A stretch of 64,000 bases of DNA. Origin: a virus. The position numbers and the translations under genes are program-made. Positions within the stretch are counted from its first letter, which is position 1, and each line of letters starts with the position of its first letter. The stretch spans positions 8,699-72,698 of the IMG/VR virus record IMGVR_UViG_3300049855_000239. One strand, written 5' to 3'. The notes below the pieces were generated by a model, which searched no databases, was not told where the DNA came from, and saw nothing but the letters and a program-made list of their open reading frames with translations. Below, piece after piece: positions 47,203 through 56,427 of the stretch.

Positions 47203-50054
47203 TGGCACAAGCTTCTGCAATAAACATATTTACAGGTGGCATGAACATGGATATTAACCCATCGTTCATGAAAGATGGTGATTATACCTATGCCGAAAAT
47301 GTGCGTATCGGATTCTCCGAGTCGGACAATATGGGTGCGGTTGAGAATGTAAAAAGTACACTTCCAATCCTAAATACCTACTTGGATAATGTTACTGGAA
47401 GATATAAAACCATTTGTGCTGCACCTTATGAATCAAAAAGTATCTTGTATTATTTCGTAAAAGATACACAAGGCACTAATGATGCCATTTATGAGTTCAA
47501 CCTAAAGACGAGTGCCATAGTACAAGTATTAAGTGGTGTTGTGCTTGGCTTTGGAGACGATATTAAATCAGCCAACTATTTTAGCGACATGCTAACATGG
47601 ACTGATGGAGTAGGTGAGGTGAGGCAGATTTTTGTTTCATTGGCAAAACAAGGAGTATATCAGTCATTTATGGGCGAGTATACAACCCTTATAAAACCAC
47701 AACCTGATACTACAATAATTGCGACCCTAATGGAAGACGCTACCGTAAGCAGTTCGTCTTTTGAGGATAAAAATTATCAGTTCATTTATAGGTACGTATT
47801 CTTTGGAAATCAAAAGAGTGCATGGTCGATGCCTAGTAGAATGGTAGCTTATGGCTATGATACTAACCTGAAAAAGATGCGGTTAAGCATGAACCCATCG
47901 GAGGTCAGGCAAGCACCATATTTTCAAAAACTAATAGCCTATATTGAAATAGGGATGCGTGACGAGGACTCACAGCCTTGGAAGTTAATTAAGCGATTAA
48001 CATTCCCTACTGTTCAGTCAAATGATTTTTACTATGATTTCTACAATGATTCTATTTATCCTGTAATATCCACATTAGAGACAAATAGGTTCTATGATGA
48101 TGTGCCACGTACTTCACAGGCGATGGCACTAGTGAATAGCAGGTTGATGTTGGGGAATAATAAAACAGGTTTTAATAATGTACCTCTCATCCAAGCGTTA
48201 GATTTTACACCATCGTTAATAACAGACCCATTAATAGATAATGGATGTTATTTTAAAAGTGGAGGGACATATGGAGTAGGAGTGGAGTTGTATGATAGAT
48301 ACCAAAGGAGAACGTTTACTTATCCATTGGGAGGTTTTACGGCTATTGAACGAAATGGCTCTTTCAAGGCAACACAAGTAGGCTTTAAATTAGTAGGTGG
48401 AAGTACAGAAGGGTTGCCTGAATGGTGTGAGTATTGGGCGATTGCAATGACAAAATGCAACAATAAAGGATCGTTCCAGCAGGTACATGTAACTATTGAT
48501 GGTAGCAGTACAAATCATAAAATAATATTCTCTTCTACGTTTGCAACACCAACAAAACCACAAATAGCATGGGTGTATTCAACGGGGGATAAGTGCAGTA
48601 TTAGGACAGTAGACGCAGCAGGAAACCCATCAGGAGCAGGTTTTTTCAATATCCCATTGCAATTAGATAGTACAAGTGGTAATTTTTATATTGAATGGGA
48701 TGGAACTACGGTATTGCCAACATGTACCACTGGTGCTATATTTGAATTATTTGCTCCCATTAAATCTACCGAAACACAGTTCTATTATGAGGTAGGAGAA
48801 TTGAATCCAATTACCTTAGATGTGAATGGTAAGCGCAGGTTCGGTACGGACTTTTCGCAAGTAGGGAAAACTATAACAATTACTGGTGGCGATACACAAT
48901 ATAGAGTGTCAGACAACTGTGAAGCAATGGCATCCTCTGAAAAGTTCTTTGAAACATGGTCGCATAATATTGGAAGGCCGAATACAATAGATACCGAAAC
49001 AGAGGGGGAAAACTTAGGTATATCAGAACTAGCTTATAGTAATGCTTATTCTCAAGGAACAAAACTAAATGGGCTAAACACCTTTGAGTTTCTTTCAAAG
49101 GAAACATACCCTATGGAACTTGGGGCTATCACTAAACTGACTGTTGCAAGGGATTTTGAAGTAAACGGATCGGTGTTACTAGTGACTACCGAATACAATA
49201 ATTACAGCGTTTACATTGGGAAGACACAAATAAAAAACCCCGATGGAAGTACGCAATTAGTGACTAACAACGCTATTCTTGGTACATATAACCTATTAGC
49301 AGGAGGCTTCGGAAGTATAAACCCAGAGTCAGTACATGCTTTCGGAACAACAGTAAGAGGATTTGATTTGTTAAAAGGAGTCCTGTGGAGGTATAGTACG
49401 GATGGATTGACAGCGATTAGTCAACAATATGGCACAAATAGCTATGTGTCACATAAGGCATCAGAAATATATGCCACAACACAAAAGAATGTAGCTGCAT
49501 ACGACCCATATTTTGACGAATATGTTATCTGTATAAAAGGGGTTAACGAGCAAAATCCGAAATGCTTGGCATTCAATGAAGATGCTAATAAGTTCAGTAC
49601 ATTCTATGACATGAATCCTGATTGGATGGCTACACTGAATAGGTATCTTATATCATGGAAAAATGGAGTGCTTTATGTTCACAGGAAAGGAAGCGACTAC
49701 AATACATTGCAGGATAAAAAAGTAAAAAGTAAAATATCCTACGTGGCAAAATCTAGTCCTTTTTTAACAGTGAACTCTATTTCTGAAAGAGTTTATTCTC
49801 AAGATGAATGGAAGTTGAAGGTGGAGGGATGCAAGAAATCTACAAAACCAAGGCAAGTATCAGAGACCTTGAAAGCCGATTACGGAGAAGAATCATATTT
49901 GTATCCTATAAAAGTAGATACGAATACTCGTAATGATATGAAATCTAGGCACTTTGTAATATCTTTGGAATTAGGTAATAATGTAGATTATTTATCGGTA
50001 TTGTATGGTACTGAAACTATTCTATCAGGAAGCAATCCTAGTCCAGCAAAATGA
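47202..50054 (+). CDS. tail tube/stabilization (muzzle) protein
   Basis: FTGGMNMD..P...DGDYTYAENVR..GAVENV; QFIYRY; SRLMLGN; AYDPYFDEY. Confidence 0.75.
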   Translation: MAQASAINIFTGGMNMDINPSFMKDGDYTYAENVRIGFSESDNMGAVENVKSTLPILNTYLDNVTGRYKTICAAPYESKSILYYFVKDTQGTNDAIYEFNLKTSAIVQVLSGVVLGFGDDIKSANYFSDMLTWTDGVGEVRQIFVSLAKQGVYQSFMGEYTTLIKPQPDTTIIATLMEDATVSSSSFEDKNYQFIYRYVFFGNQKSAWSMPSRMVAYGYDTNLKKMRLSMNPSEVRQAPYFQKLIAYIEIGMRDEDSQPWKLIKRLTFPTVQSNDFYYDFYNDSIYPVISTLETNRFYDDVPRTSQAMALVNSRLMLGNNKTGFNNVPLIQALDFTPSLITDPLIDNGCYFKSGGTYGVGVELYDRYQRRTFTYPLGGFTAIERNGSFKATQVGFKLVGGSTEGLPEWCEYWAIAMTKCNNKGSFQQVHVTIDGSSTNHKIIFSSTFATPTKPQIAWVYSTGDKCSIRTVDAAGNPSGAGFFNIPLQLDSTSGNFYIEWDGTTVLPTCTTGAIFELFAPIKSTETQFYYEVGELNPITLDVNGKRRFGTDFSQVGKTITITGGDTQYRVSDNCEAMASSEKFFETWSHNIGRPNTIDTETEGENLGISELAYSNAYSQGTKLNGLNTFEFLSKETYPMELGAITKLTVARDFEVNGSVLLVTTEYNNYSVYIGKTQIKNPDGSTQLVTNNAILGTYNLLAGGFGSINPESVHAFGTTVRGFDLLKGVLWRYSTDGLTAISQQYGTNSYVSHKASEIYATTQKNVAAYDPYFDEYVICIKGVNEQNPKCLAFNEDANKFSTFYDMNPDWMATLNRYLISWKNGVLYVHRKGSDYNTLQDKKVKSKISYVAKSSPFLTVNSISERVYSQDEWKLKVEGCKKSTKPRQVSETLKADYGEESYLYPIKVDTNTRNDMKSRHFVISLELGNNVDYLSVLYGTETILSGSNPSPAK

Positions 50055-50581
50055 CATTTAGGCTAGAAGAGTCGTTTGATATTGACGAAACTATCAAGGA
50101 GGTATTTCTTGGGGATGTCAATTTATTCTTGAAATACCATTACGAAAGCCCTACCGATCATGCGGAAGCTAGCCAATACACCTCGCTATATACCATAAGG
50201 GATGTTCCGAGAGAGACTGTATTTTACTCCATATACTTAGACGATATATTGTTTGGGTATATTGCATTTGAGCATAATAATATTTGGGATATAGCATTTT
50301 CTATAAAATACAGGGAAGGTGATTATATAAACAAATTCTACAATTATTTTTTTAGAGAGGTATTGCAAGAAGGAACGATACGTTTGTGCGAGCGCAATCA
50401 TCGTGACATAAACCTATTATTAAAATCAAAGCTTGCCAGACCTGTTGCGTTTGACAGGTATATTGGCAAGCGTGATTATACGGAATTGGCACAGGAGGGT
50501 GCTGTCAAAAACAAAGAGAAGCACATATTGTATATCCCTTTGTCGCAGATAATTCTTAGCTTTGGAACAAATGAAGCTTAA
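50051..50581 (+). CDS. hypothetical protein (possible GNAT-like fold)
   Basis: LFGYIAF...IAFSIKYR...ERNHRDINLL; position after tail tube gene. Confidence 0.4.
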   Translation: MTFRLEESFDIDETIKEVFLGDVNLFLKYHYESPTDHAEASQYTSLYTIRDVPRETVFYSIYLDDILFGYIAFEHNNIWDIAFSIKYREGDYINKFYNYFFREVLQEGTIRLCERNHRDINLLLKSKLARPVAFDRYIGKRDYTELAQEGAVKNKEKHILYIPLSQIILSFGTNEA

Positions 50582-51083
50582 AAAACTAAGAAACAAGTAT
50601 TTGGCAAAATCTGTCAACAGGAAGTCTATTATCGAGATAGAGGATTCTATCAAAAATATGGACGGTTCTTTTATTGGTGATAGTGTTAATTGCCCTTTAA
50701 AGCACTCTTTTTCGGATGGTATTTATGTAAGGGAGATATTTATACCTGCCAACACAATACTAACAGGAAAGATACACAAACACGACCATCCCAATTTTTT
50801 ATTAAAAGGAAAGGTTGTTGTGGCTACGGAATTTGGAGGGGTGGAAGAATTGGACGCCCCTTTGTCTATGATTTCAAAAGCAGGCACCAAAAGGGTGGTG
50901 CAAACTATCACCGACACGGTATGGGTAACAATACACCACAATCCTACAAATACGCAAGACCTTGAAAAACTAGAGCGAGATATTATCGCAAAGGATTATC
51001 AAGAGTACGATTCTTTCAGAACAAAAAGGATTGGCCTGAAAAATATTATCTTTGCGTATATCAAGAAGTACCTAAATATATAG
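50562..51083 (+). CDS. cupin-fold protein
   Basis: PLKHSFSDGIYVREIFIPANTILTGKIHKHDHPNFLLKG...SKAGTKR...DTVWVTIH. Confidence 0.7.
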   Translation: MEQMKLKKLRNKYLAKSVNRKSIIEIEDSIKNMDGSFIGDSVNCPLKHSFSDGIYVREIFIPANTILTGKIHKHDHPNFLLKGKVVVATEFGGVEELDAPLSMISKAGTKRVVQTITDTVWVTIHHNPTNTQDLEKLERDIIAKDYQEYDSFRTKRIGLKNIIFAYIKKYLNI

Positions 51084-51085
51084 AT

Positions 51086-51817
51086 ATGACATGGGTAGCA
51101 GCAGGTGTAGCTTCGGCAGCCGTTACGGTAAAGGCTTATCAGGCATATAAAGCAGATAGAAATGCCAAAAATGCCAAAAAAGAACAAGACAAGCTAAGGG
51201 AGAATAGGCCTCAATATACCATCCCAGAGGAATATCAGAAGAATATTGACTTGCAAACTGGCATAGTAAAGGGGTACGAGCCTTATACTAAGACATCGCA
51301 ATTGGCAGGGCAGTCCTATATGCAAAATAGGATTGATGCCAACACGGCAAATCAAACAGCATTGGCATCTCAACAGGGAGTCAGTTCTCCTAGTGGAATG
51401 GCGGCTTTATACGGTTCGGCAATGAACGCACAGAACGAAGCTACTACTGACATGAATATAAAAGGTGCTGAGAATAGAAAAGACTACCAGCAATTATATG
51501 CTAATGAAACTGGTAATTTGCAAAAAGCAAACGCTGATATGGCGGATCAAAAGGCACTAGAATGGAATCAGAACACATTTAGCCCTTACGCTAGTCTTAT
51601 TAATGAAAAGACTAATATGATTAGAGACTATACCCAAAGAAGTCGAGAAAGGGCGGATAGTGCTATTGAATCAGGCACAAGTGTTGGTAGCATGGCAGGT
51701 AGCGGAGCTAGTATGTATGGAAATGGGATGTCTGCATCCAAGAAAGGAAAGAAAAATAAAGGTAGCGGAGGTTTTGATATGAATGACGCTCAAATGAACA
51801 CATCATATTCAAGTTAA
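51086..51817 (+). CDS. internal virion/DNA ejection protein
   Basis: Hydrophobic A/G-rich N-terminus MTWVAAGVASAA, Q/N/A-rich body. Confidence 0.6.
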   Translation: MTWVAAGVASAAVTVKAYQAYKADRNAKNAKKEQDKLRENRPQYTIPEEYQKNIDLQTGIVKGYEPYTKTSQLAGQSYMQNRIDANTANQTALASQQGVSSPSGMAALYGSAMNAQNEATTDMNIKGAENRKDYQQLYANETGNLQKANADMADQKALEWNQNTFSPYASLINEKTNMIRDYTQRSRERADSAIESGTSVGSMAGSGASMYGNGMSASKKGKKNKGSGGFDMNDAQMNTSYSS

Positions 51818-51819
51818 AA

Positions 51820-53922
51820 ATGGCATACGATACAACTGCACCATTATCATATTATGATGTACCAGAGGTAATACAAGTACCACAGGCGCATCTTCAAGCC
51901 GCTGCGCTCGTACACCAAAGAGTAGAAGCTCAAAAAGATAAACAAGCAGCACAAGAGGAAGCTAAGGGAGAAGCTGAAAGGAAGAGACTATTGGCATTGA
52001 AAGCAACAGAAGCTAGTTCCCCTTATGAAGTAGATGCCCGAAAAATTGGAGAACTGGCTAATCAACAAATTAACTCCAAGATGTTAGGAGATGAACCTGC
52101 ACATGGCAAATATGGATTGCAAATGACAGATATTCAAAATATAACAAAGGCACAAAAAGGGAGAGAAGATGCTCAAATAAAAGACATAGACAATAAAACG
52201 GCACAAGGTTTTATTCCGAAAGGAGACTATCTAACCGCATATAGAAATAAGGTTGCAAATTCGGGTTTTAGTAATAGGGATGCAGTTCAAGACGAACACG
52301 ATAATATAATAGCCACAAAACCACACGAAGTTTTTAGTACAGATAATACATGGAGGGCTTCTGTACTTACTGATAAAAATTTCCCTGTAACACCCTATAA
52401 GTTTGACAAGACCACCGAAAAAGGTTCAACTACCTATAATACTGGTGCTGAAATGAATAGTAGGTTTTTTATACCTACTAAAGAAGTCGAAAAAGATGCA
52501 CAGGGAAATCCTATAATGGTAGGTGGCCAGCCTGTTTATAAGCCAAAGCCTGTTACAACAATAGAAGAAGCTAGAGAATTAGTACCAAACCTAATTGGTA
52601 GTAAGATTCCTAAAGATTATGTATCACTAGAAGCATCAGAGGTTTATAGCGACCCAAAGAATAAACAAGAAATTGACGAAAAAGTAAAAGAATACGAGAA
52701 TACTGCAGACCCAGTAACAGGCAAACCTGATGCAAATTCTGTATCTATTTTTAAAGAGGGATTAAAAGAAAAGTATGCACAAGAAAAAATTGCAGAAAGA
52801 ATCCTGAACGAACAAAAGGCATATCAAAGGTTATCTTCTATTAAAGTAAGTGAAAAGACTGAAAAGCCTACGGAAAAAGAAAAAGAGGATGCATCTTTTC
52901 AAAATAAACGGAAGAAATCTGGTTCATCTGGAACATTAGTACCAGATGTTTATTTGACTCGTGCTGATGGTAATAAGTCAGAATTTAATAGCCAAGTAGG
53001 ACGTGCTACTGACATGAACAGACCAAATTTATTATCTATTCAGAAAAAGAAAGGTAATATTATGGGAGACGTAGACCCCCAAACAGTGAACTTTAGCGGA
53101 ACGGTAACTGATGAAGTTACTGGGTCGAAATATAAAATATCAGACAAGAACCCTGTAGTAGTAACAAACATATATCCAGTACTAGAGCATTATAATGAAA
53201 AAACTGATAAATGGGTAAGGACGGTTTTTGACAAAAACCAGAATCATGATGATTTTGAAAATCAAATTCATGCCTATGGAAAGAAAGGAGTCCCTATAAG
53301 AGTAACAATGCAGGGAGATGTGAACATGTCTACCAAGAACAATAAAACAGGCACTCTTACAACAGAAGAATCTCAGGAAATGGCTACTCTGGCAGCTACA
53401 AAAGAGAGGGATGAAGAGCAAACTAAAAGGCTTGGCGAACTACAAGGGAAATTAGCACAAGAGCAAGGGAAAACCATAAGAGTAAATATGGAGGATTCTG
53501 GTATTTTTAAACAAGTAACAGGATATAACAATATGAATGAAGTGGCTAAACATGCCGACACTCCAGAAGTAAAAAATGCAGCGAAACTTAACTCAAAATG
53601 GATAAATATAGCTAATACGTACAATAAAAATAAGGGACACGACATTGTTGCTATTGATAAAAAGTCGGAAGAAATTCAGAAGTCTAAAGAGGACGTAAAA
53701 GCAAAAATAGAAGAGTTCAAAAGAATAAAAAAAGATGAAGGGGATGCGGCTGCTAGGGAATATGCCGAATCTCACGGAGCAAGGAAAGATTCAGAAGGCC
53801 GTTATGATTTCGCCAAACAAGAACCATCACAACCTGTGAAAAAGAAAACAGAACCAATGGTAGGCAGGAAGCAAGGTGGACAGCCAGTATTTAATAAAGG
53901 TGGTAAAAAATTAGGAGAATAA
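51820..53922 (+). CDS. internal virion/ejection protein
   Basis: 700-aa charged ORF in ejection-protein position. Confidence 0.55.
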   Translation: MAYDTTAPLSYYDVPEVIQVPQAHLQAAALVHQRVEAQKDKQAAQEEAKGEAERKRLLALKATEASSPYEVDARKIGELANQQINSKMLGDEPAHGKYGLQMTDIQNITKAQKGREDAQIKDIDNKTAQGFIPKGDYLTAYRNKVANSGFSNRDAVQDEHDNIIATKPHEVFSTDNTWRASVLTDKNFPVTPYKFDKTTEKGSTTYNTGAEMNSRFFIPTKEVEKDAQGNPIMVGGQPVYKPKPVTTIEEARELVPNLIGSKIPKDYVSLEASEVYSDPKNKQEIDEKVKEYENTADPVTGKPDANSVSIFKEGLKEKYAQEKIAERILNEQKAYQRLSSIKVSEKTEKPTEKEKEDASFQNKRKKSGSSGTLVPDVYLTRADGNKSEFNSQVGRATDMNRPNLLSIQKKKGNIMGDVDPQTVNFSGTVTDEVTGSKYKISDKNPVVVTNIYPVLEHYNEKTDKWVRTVFDKNQNHDDFENQIHAYGKKGVPIRVTMQGDVNMSTKNNKTGTLTTEESQEMATLAATKERDEEQTKRLGELQGKLAQEQGKTIRVNMEDSGIFKQVTGYNNMNEVAKHADTPEVKNAAKLNSKWINIANTYNKNKGHDIVAIDKKSEEIQKSKEDVKAKIEEFKRIKKDEGDAAAREYAESHGARKDSEGRYDFAKQEPSQPVKKKTEPMVGRKQGGQPVFNKGGKKLGE

Positions 53923-55934
53923 TGCCGAACGATATAATAATAAATGCACATAAATCATTAATAAAAAATGGCTATGAAGTGCCTAAAAATGTTAATGATT
54001 TTGAATCAGAGCTTTCTTCTAATCCAGATATGGTAAAAGACCTTCATACCTCTTTTGTAAAAATGGGATACGAAGTACCTGAATATGAGGAATTTTCTAA
54101 ATCTTTAGCATTAAAAAAAAAAGAAGAAACTACATCAGAAAATTCTTCGACTCCTGCATCAAGTCCTTTACAGCCTTCAAAAACGAGTGGCGAGATTCCT
54201 AGTAATATCGTAGAAGCTACTACCAAAACTCCAGTAATGATAGGTCGTGGAGCTGGTGGTAAGCCTGTTTACGAAGGAGAAAAGTCAGGCAAAACATATA
54301 GCGTAGAAGATCAAATAAAGAATAAACCACAAGATAATTATATAAAGGAAGGTGTAAATATTCCCATCCCGAAAGAATTAGAGCAATCTATAAAAACATC
54401 TAAGGAAGTAGCCGAACAAGACAGGCTGGCTAAGATAAAAGAGGACGAAGCCTACAATAAAATAGCAGAGTCACTTCCATTTTCTATCAAGGCAAAAACA
54501 GTAGGTAGTTCTATTGTTAAGGGGGCGATAGAGGTATTACCTACGATAATGGATGTATATGCTAATGCTACAGGAAGCGCCTTAGACAAGGCAGATGTAT
54601 TAAAGGTTCGTGATTTTTTAGACGAAACATTCAAAGAAGACGATCGCTATAAAAAGACAACAGTAAATGCAATTGCTAGAAATGTAGCAACAGCAGGAGC
54701 TATGATGGCTACTGGAGGTGCTGGCGCAGCGGCACAGGGGGCTGTAATGGCAGGTAATGAATCTTTTAATGATGCGATAAGCAATGGAGCAAGCAAAAGC
54801 ACGGCAACTAAAGCAGCAGTTATAAATATGCTAGGTGGGGCTGCGCTTGAATCAATTCCAGTGTTTAGGGCATTAAATAGAGTTGGAGCGAAAACAGGTA
54901 GTAATATCTACAAAAATATATGGGATGCTTCCAAAAATACCGTAAAGGGAGGGGTAGAAGAAGCTATAACTGGTGGGCTACAACAAACATTGTCAAATGC
55001 TACAGCAAATGTAATGTATGATTCTACTAGGGATATATCTGACAACGTGTTTAACAGCGGAATGGATGAAGGAACTGCTGGATTTATACTAAATGGGTTG
55101 CTAAACACGCTTGCGCTAAAAAGAGGAAAGACTACCATTAAAAGTGAAATAGCAAAAATAGATAATGCTATAAAATATGCTACTGAAACAAAACGGGCTG
55201 TACTAGAAAAGTTTAAGAAGAATGGACAAGTGCCAATACCACAGTCGGCTGAACGACAGACCGTTGACACCACAGGAACGGAACAAGGTGTTATTAAAAC
55301 TGAGGGACAAGCACCCGATAATCGAGGAGCTAATCAACAGAATAATCAAGTAGAAAATGTACAGCCTATACCCCAACAAGGAAGTTCAGAAGCAATTAGC
55401 AATGAACCAAGTGTATCAGGAGGAATTGAACCAAGTGGAACAAATAGGAATGAGGCTAATGTTGTTGATGAAAATAATACAACTAAGCAAACGAATATAA
55501 CTGACCTTCATATAGATAATTTAATTGAATCTGGAGGTGCGGATTTGGCGATAGAGGATATTACCAGAAATGCAAAGTTGTTGTCAGAGGAAATAATTAA
55601 ATCAAATACTAATGGAAGCCCAAATACGTCAAATACTACCCAAGAAGGACAAAATAACGGCAGCGGAATACCAACAGGCAATGAAGGAAACCCAGCAATT
55701 CCTAAAGGAGACGAAAGAGCAAAAGCTGACTTGGGGAAGACGAAGGTTTTAATAAATGACATTGTGTCTAAATGGAATTCCGCACAAGAATTACAAGGCA
55801 CTGAAAAGACACAAGCCATGCGAGACTATAAGGAATCAGTAAATAGTGACCCTAAAATAAAGCGTATATTCGAAAATCTAAATGCCATAAACAAAGCACT
55901 TGGAGTAGAAAAATCATCAGTAAAATGCCCTTAA
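53922..55934 (+). CDS. internal virion/ejection protein
   Basis: A/G-rich hydrophobic core (GAMMATGGAGAAAQG...GGVEEAITGGLQQ). Confidence 0.6.
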   Translation: MPNDIIINAHKSLIKNGYEVPKNVNDFESELSSNPDMVKDLHTSFVKMGYEVPEYEEFSKSLALKKKEETTSENSSTPASSPLQPSKTSGEIPSNIVEATTKTPVMIGRGAGGKPVYEGEKSGKTYSVEDQIKNKPQDNYIKEGVNIPIPKELEQSIKTSKEVAEQDRLAKIKEDEAYNKIAESLPFSIKAKTVGSSIVKGAIEVLPTIMDVYANATGSALDKADVLKVRDFLDETFKEDDRYKKTTVNAIARNVATAGAMMATGGAGAAAQGAVMAGNESFNDAISNGASKSTATKAAVINMLGGAALESIPVFRALNRVGAKTGSNIYKNIWDASKNTVKGGVEEAITGGLQQTLSNATANVMYDSTRDISDNVFNSGMDEGTAGFILNGLLNTLALKRGKTTIKSEIAKIDNAIKYATETKRAVLEKFKKNGQVPIPQSAERQTVDTTGTEQGVIKTEGQAPDNRGANQQNNQVENVQPIPQQGSSEAISNEPSVSGGIEPSGTNRNEANVVDENNTTKQTNITDLHIDNLIESGGADLAIEDITRNAKLLSEEIIKSNTNGSPNTSNTTQEGQNNGSGIPTGNEGNPAIPKGDERAKADLGKTKVLINDIVSKWNSAQELQGTEKTQAMRDYKESVNSDPKIKRIFENLNAINKALGVEKSSVKCP

Positions 55935-55935
55935 T

Positions 55936-56424
55936 ATGACACCGAAAATACTAGAATCAAAAGTCACAAACCTATTATTACCACGTTTACAAGATGAGTA
56001 CGATGCGTTCTACCATTACAGAGCCGTATCTAACTATTGCAAGGGAGTTGGGTTTGAAAAAGCTGCGGAATATTTCGCCAACGAAAGTGCGGACGAACTT
56101 ACCCATGCCAAGAAAATAGAAAGCTATTTAGTAGACTGGAACGTAACGCCTGAACTTCCCGAAATACCCAACCCTAAAACATCATTCAAAAGTCTAGTAG
56201 ATTGTATCGAGCAATCGTACAAGATAGAATATGCCTTATATGAAGCCTACGAAGAAACGGCAAAGACAATGTTTCAGGTTGATATGTGTACCTTTGCTTT
56301 AATGCAAGAAATGCTTGCTATACAATTAAAATCAGTAGCGGAGTATTCTGACATGCTAAATCTTTTGGATGGCGTAGAGCCTACTAAAACTAACTTGTTA
56401 TTGTTGGAAGATAAATTATTCTAA
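55936..56424 (+). CDS. ferritin-like protein
   Basis: DEYDAFYHY...GFEKAAEYFANESADELTHAKKIESYL...IEYALYE...Q..SVAE, ferroxidase-type ligand pattern. Confidence 0.85.
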   Translation: MTPKILESKVTNLLLPRLQDEYDAFYHYRAVSNYCKGVGFEKAAEYFANESADELTHAKKIESYLVDWNVTPELPEIPNPKTSFKSLVDCIEQSYKIEYALYEAYEETAKTMFQVDMCTFALMQEMLAIQLKSVAEYSDMLNLLDGVEPTKTNLLLLEDKLF

Positions 56425-56427
56425 GAA

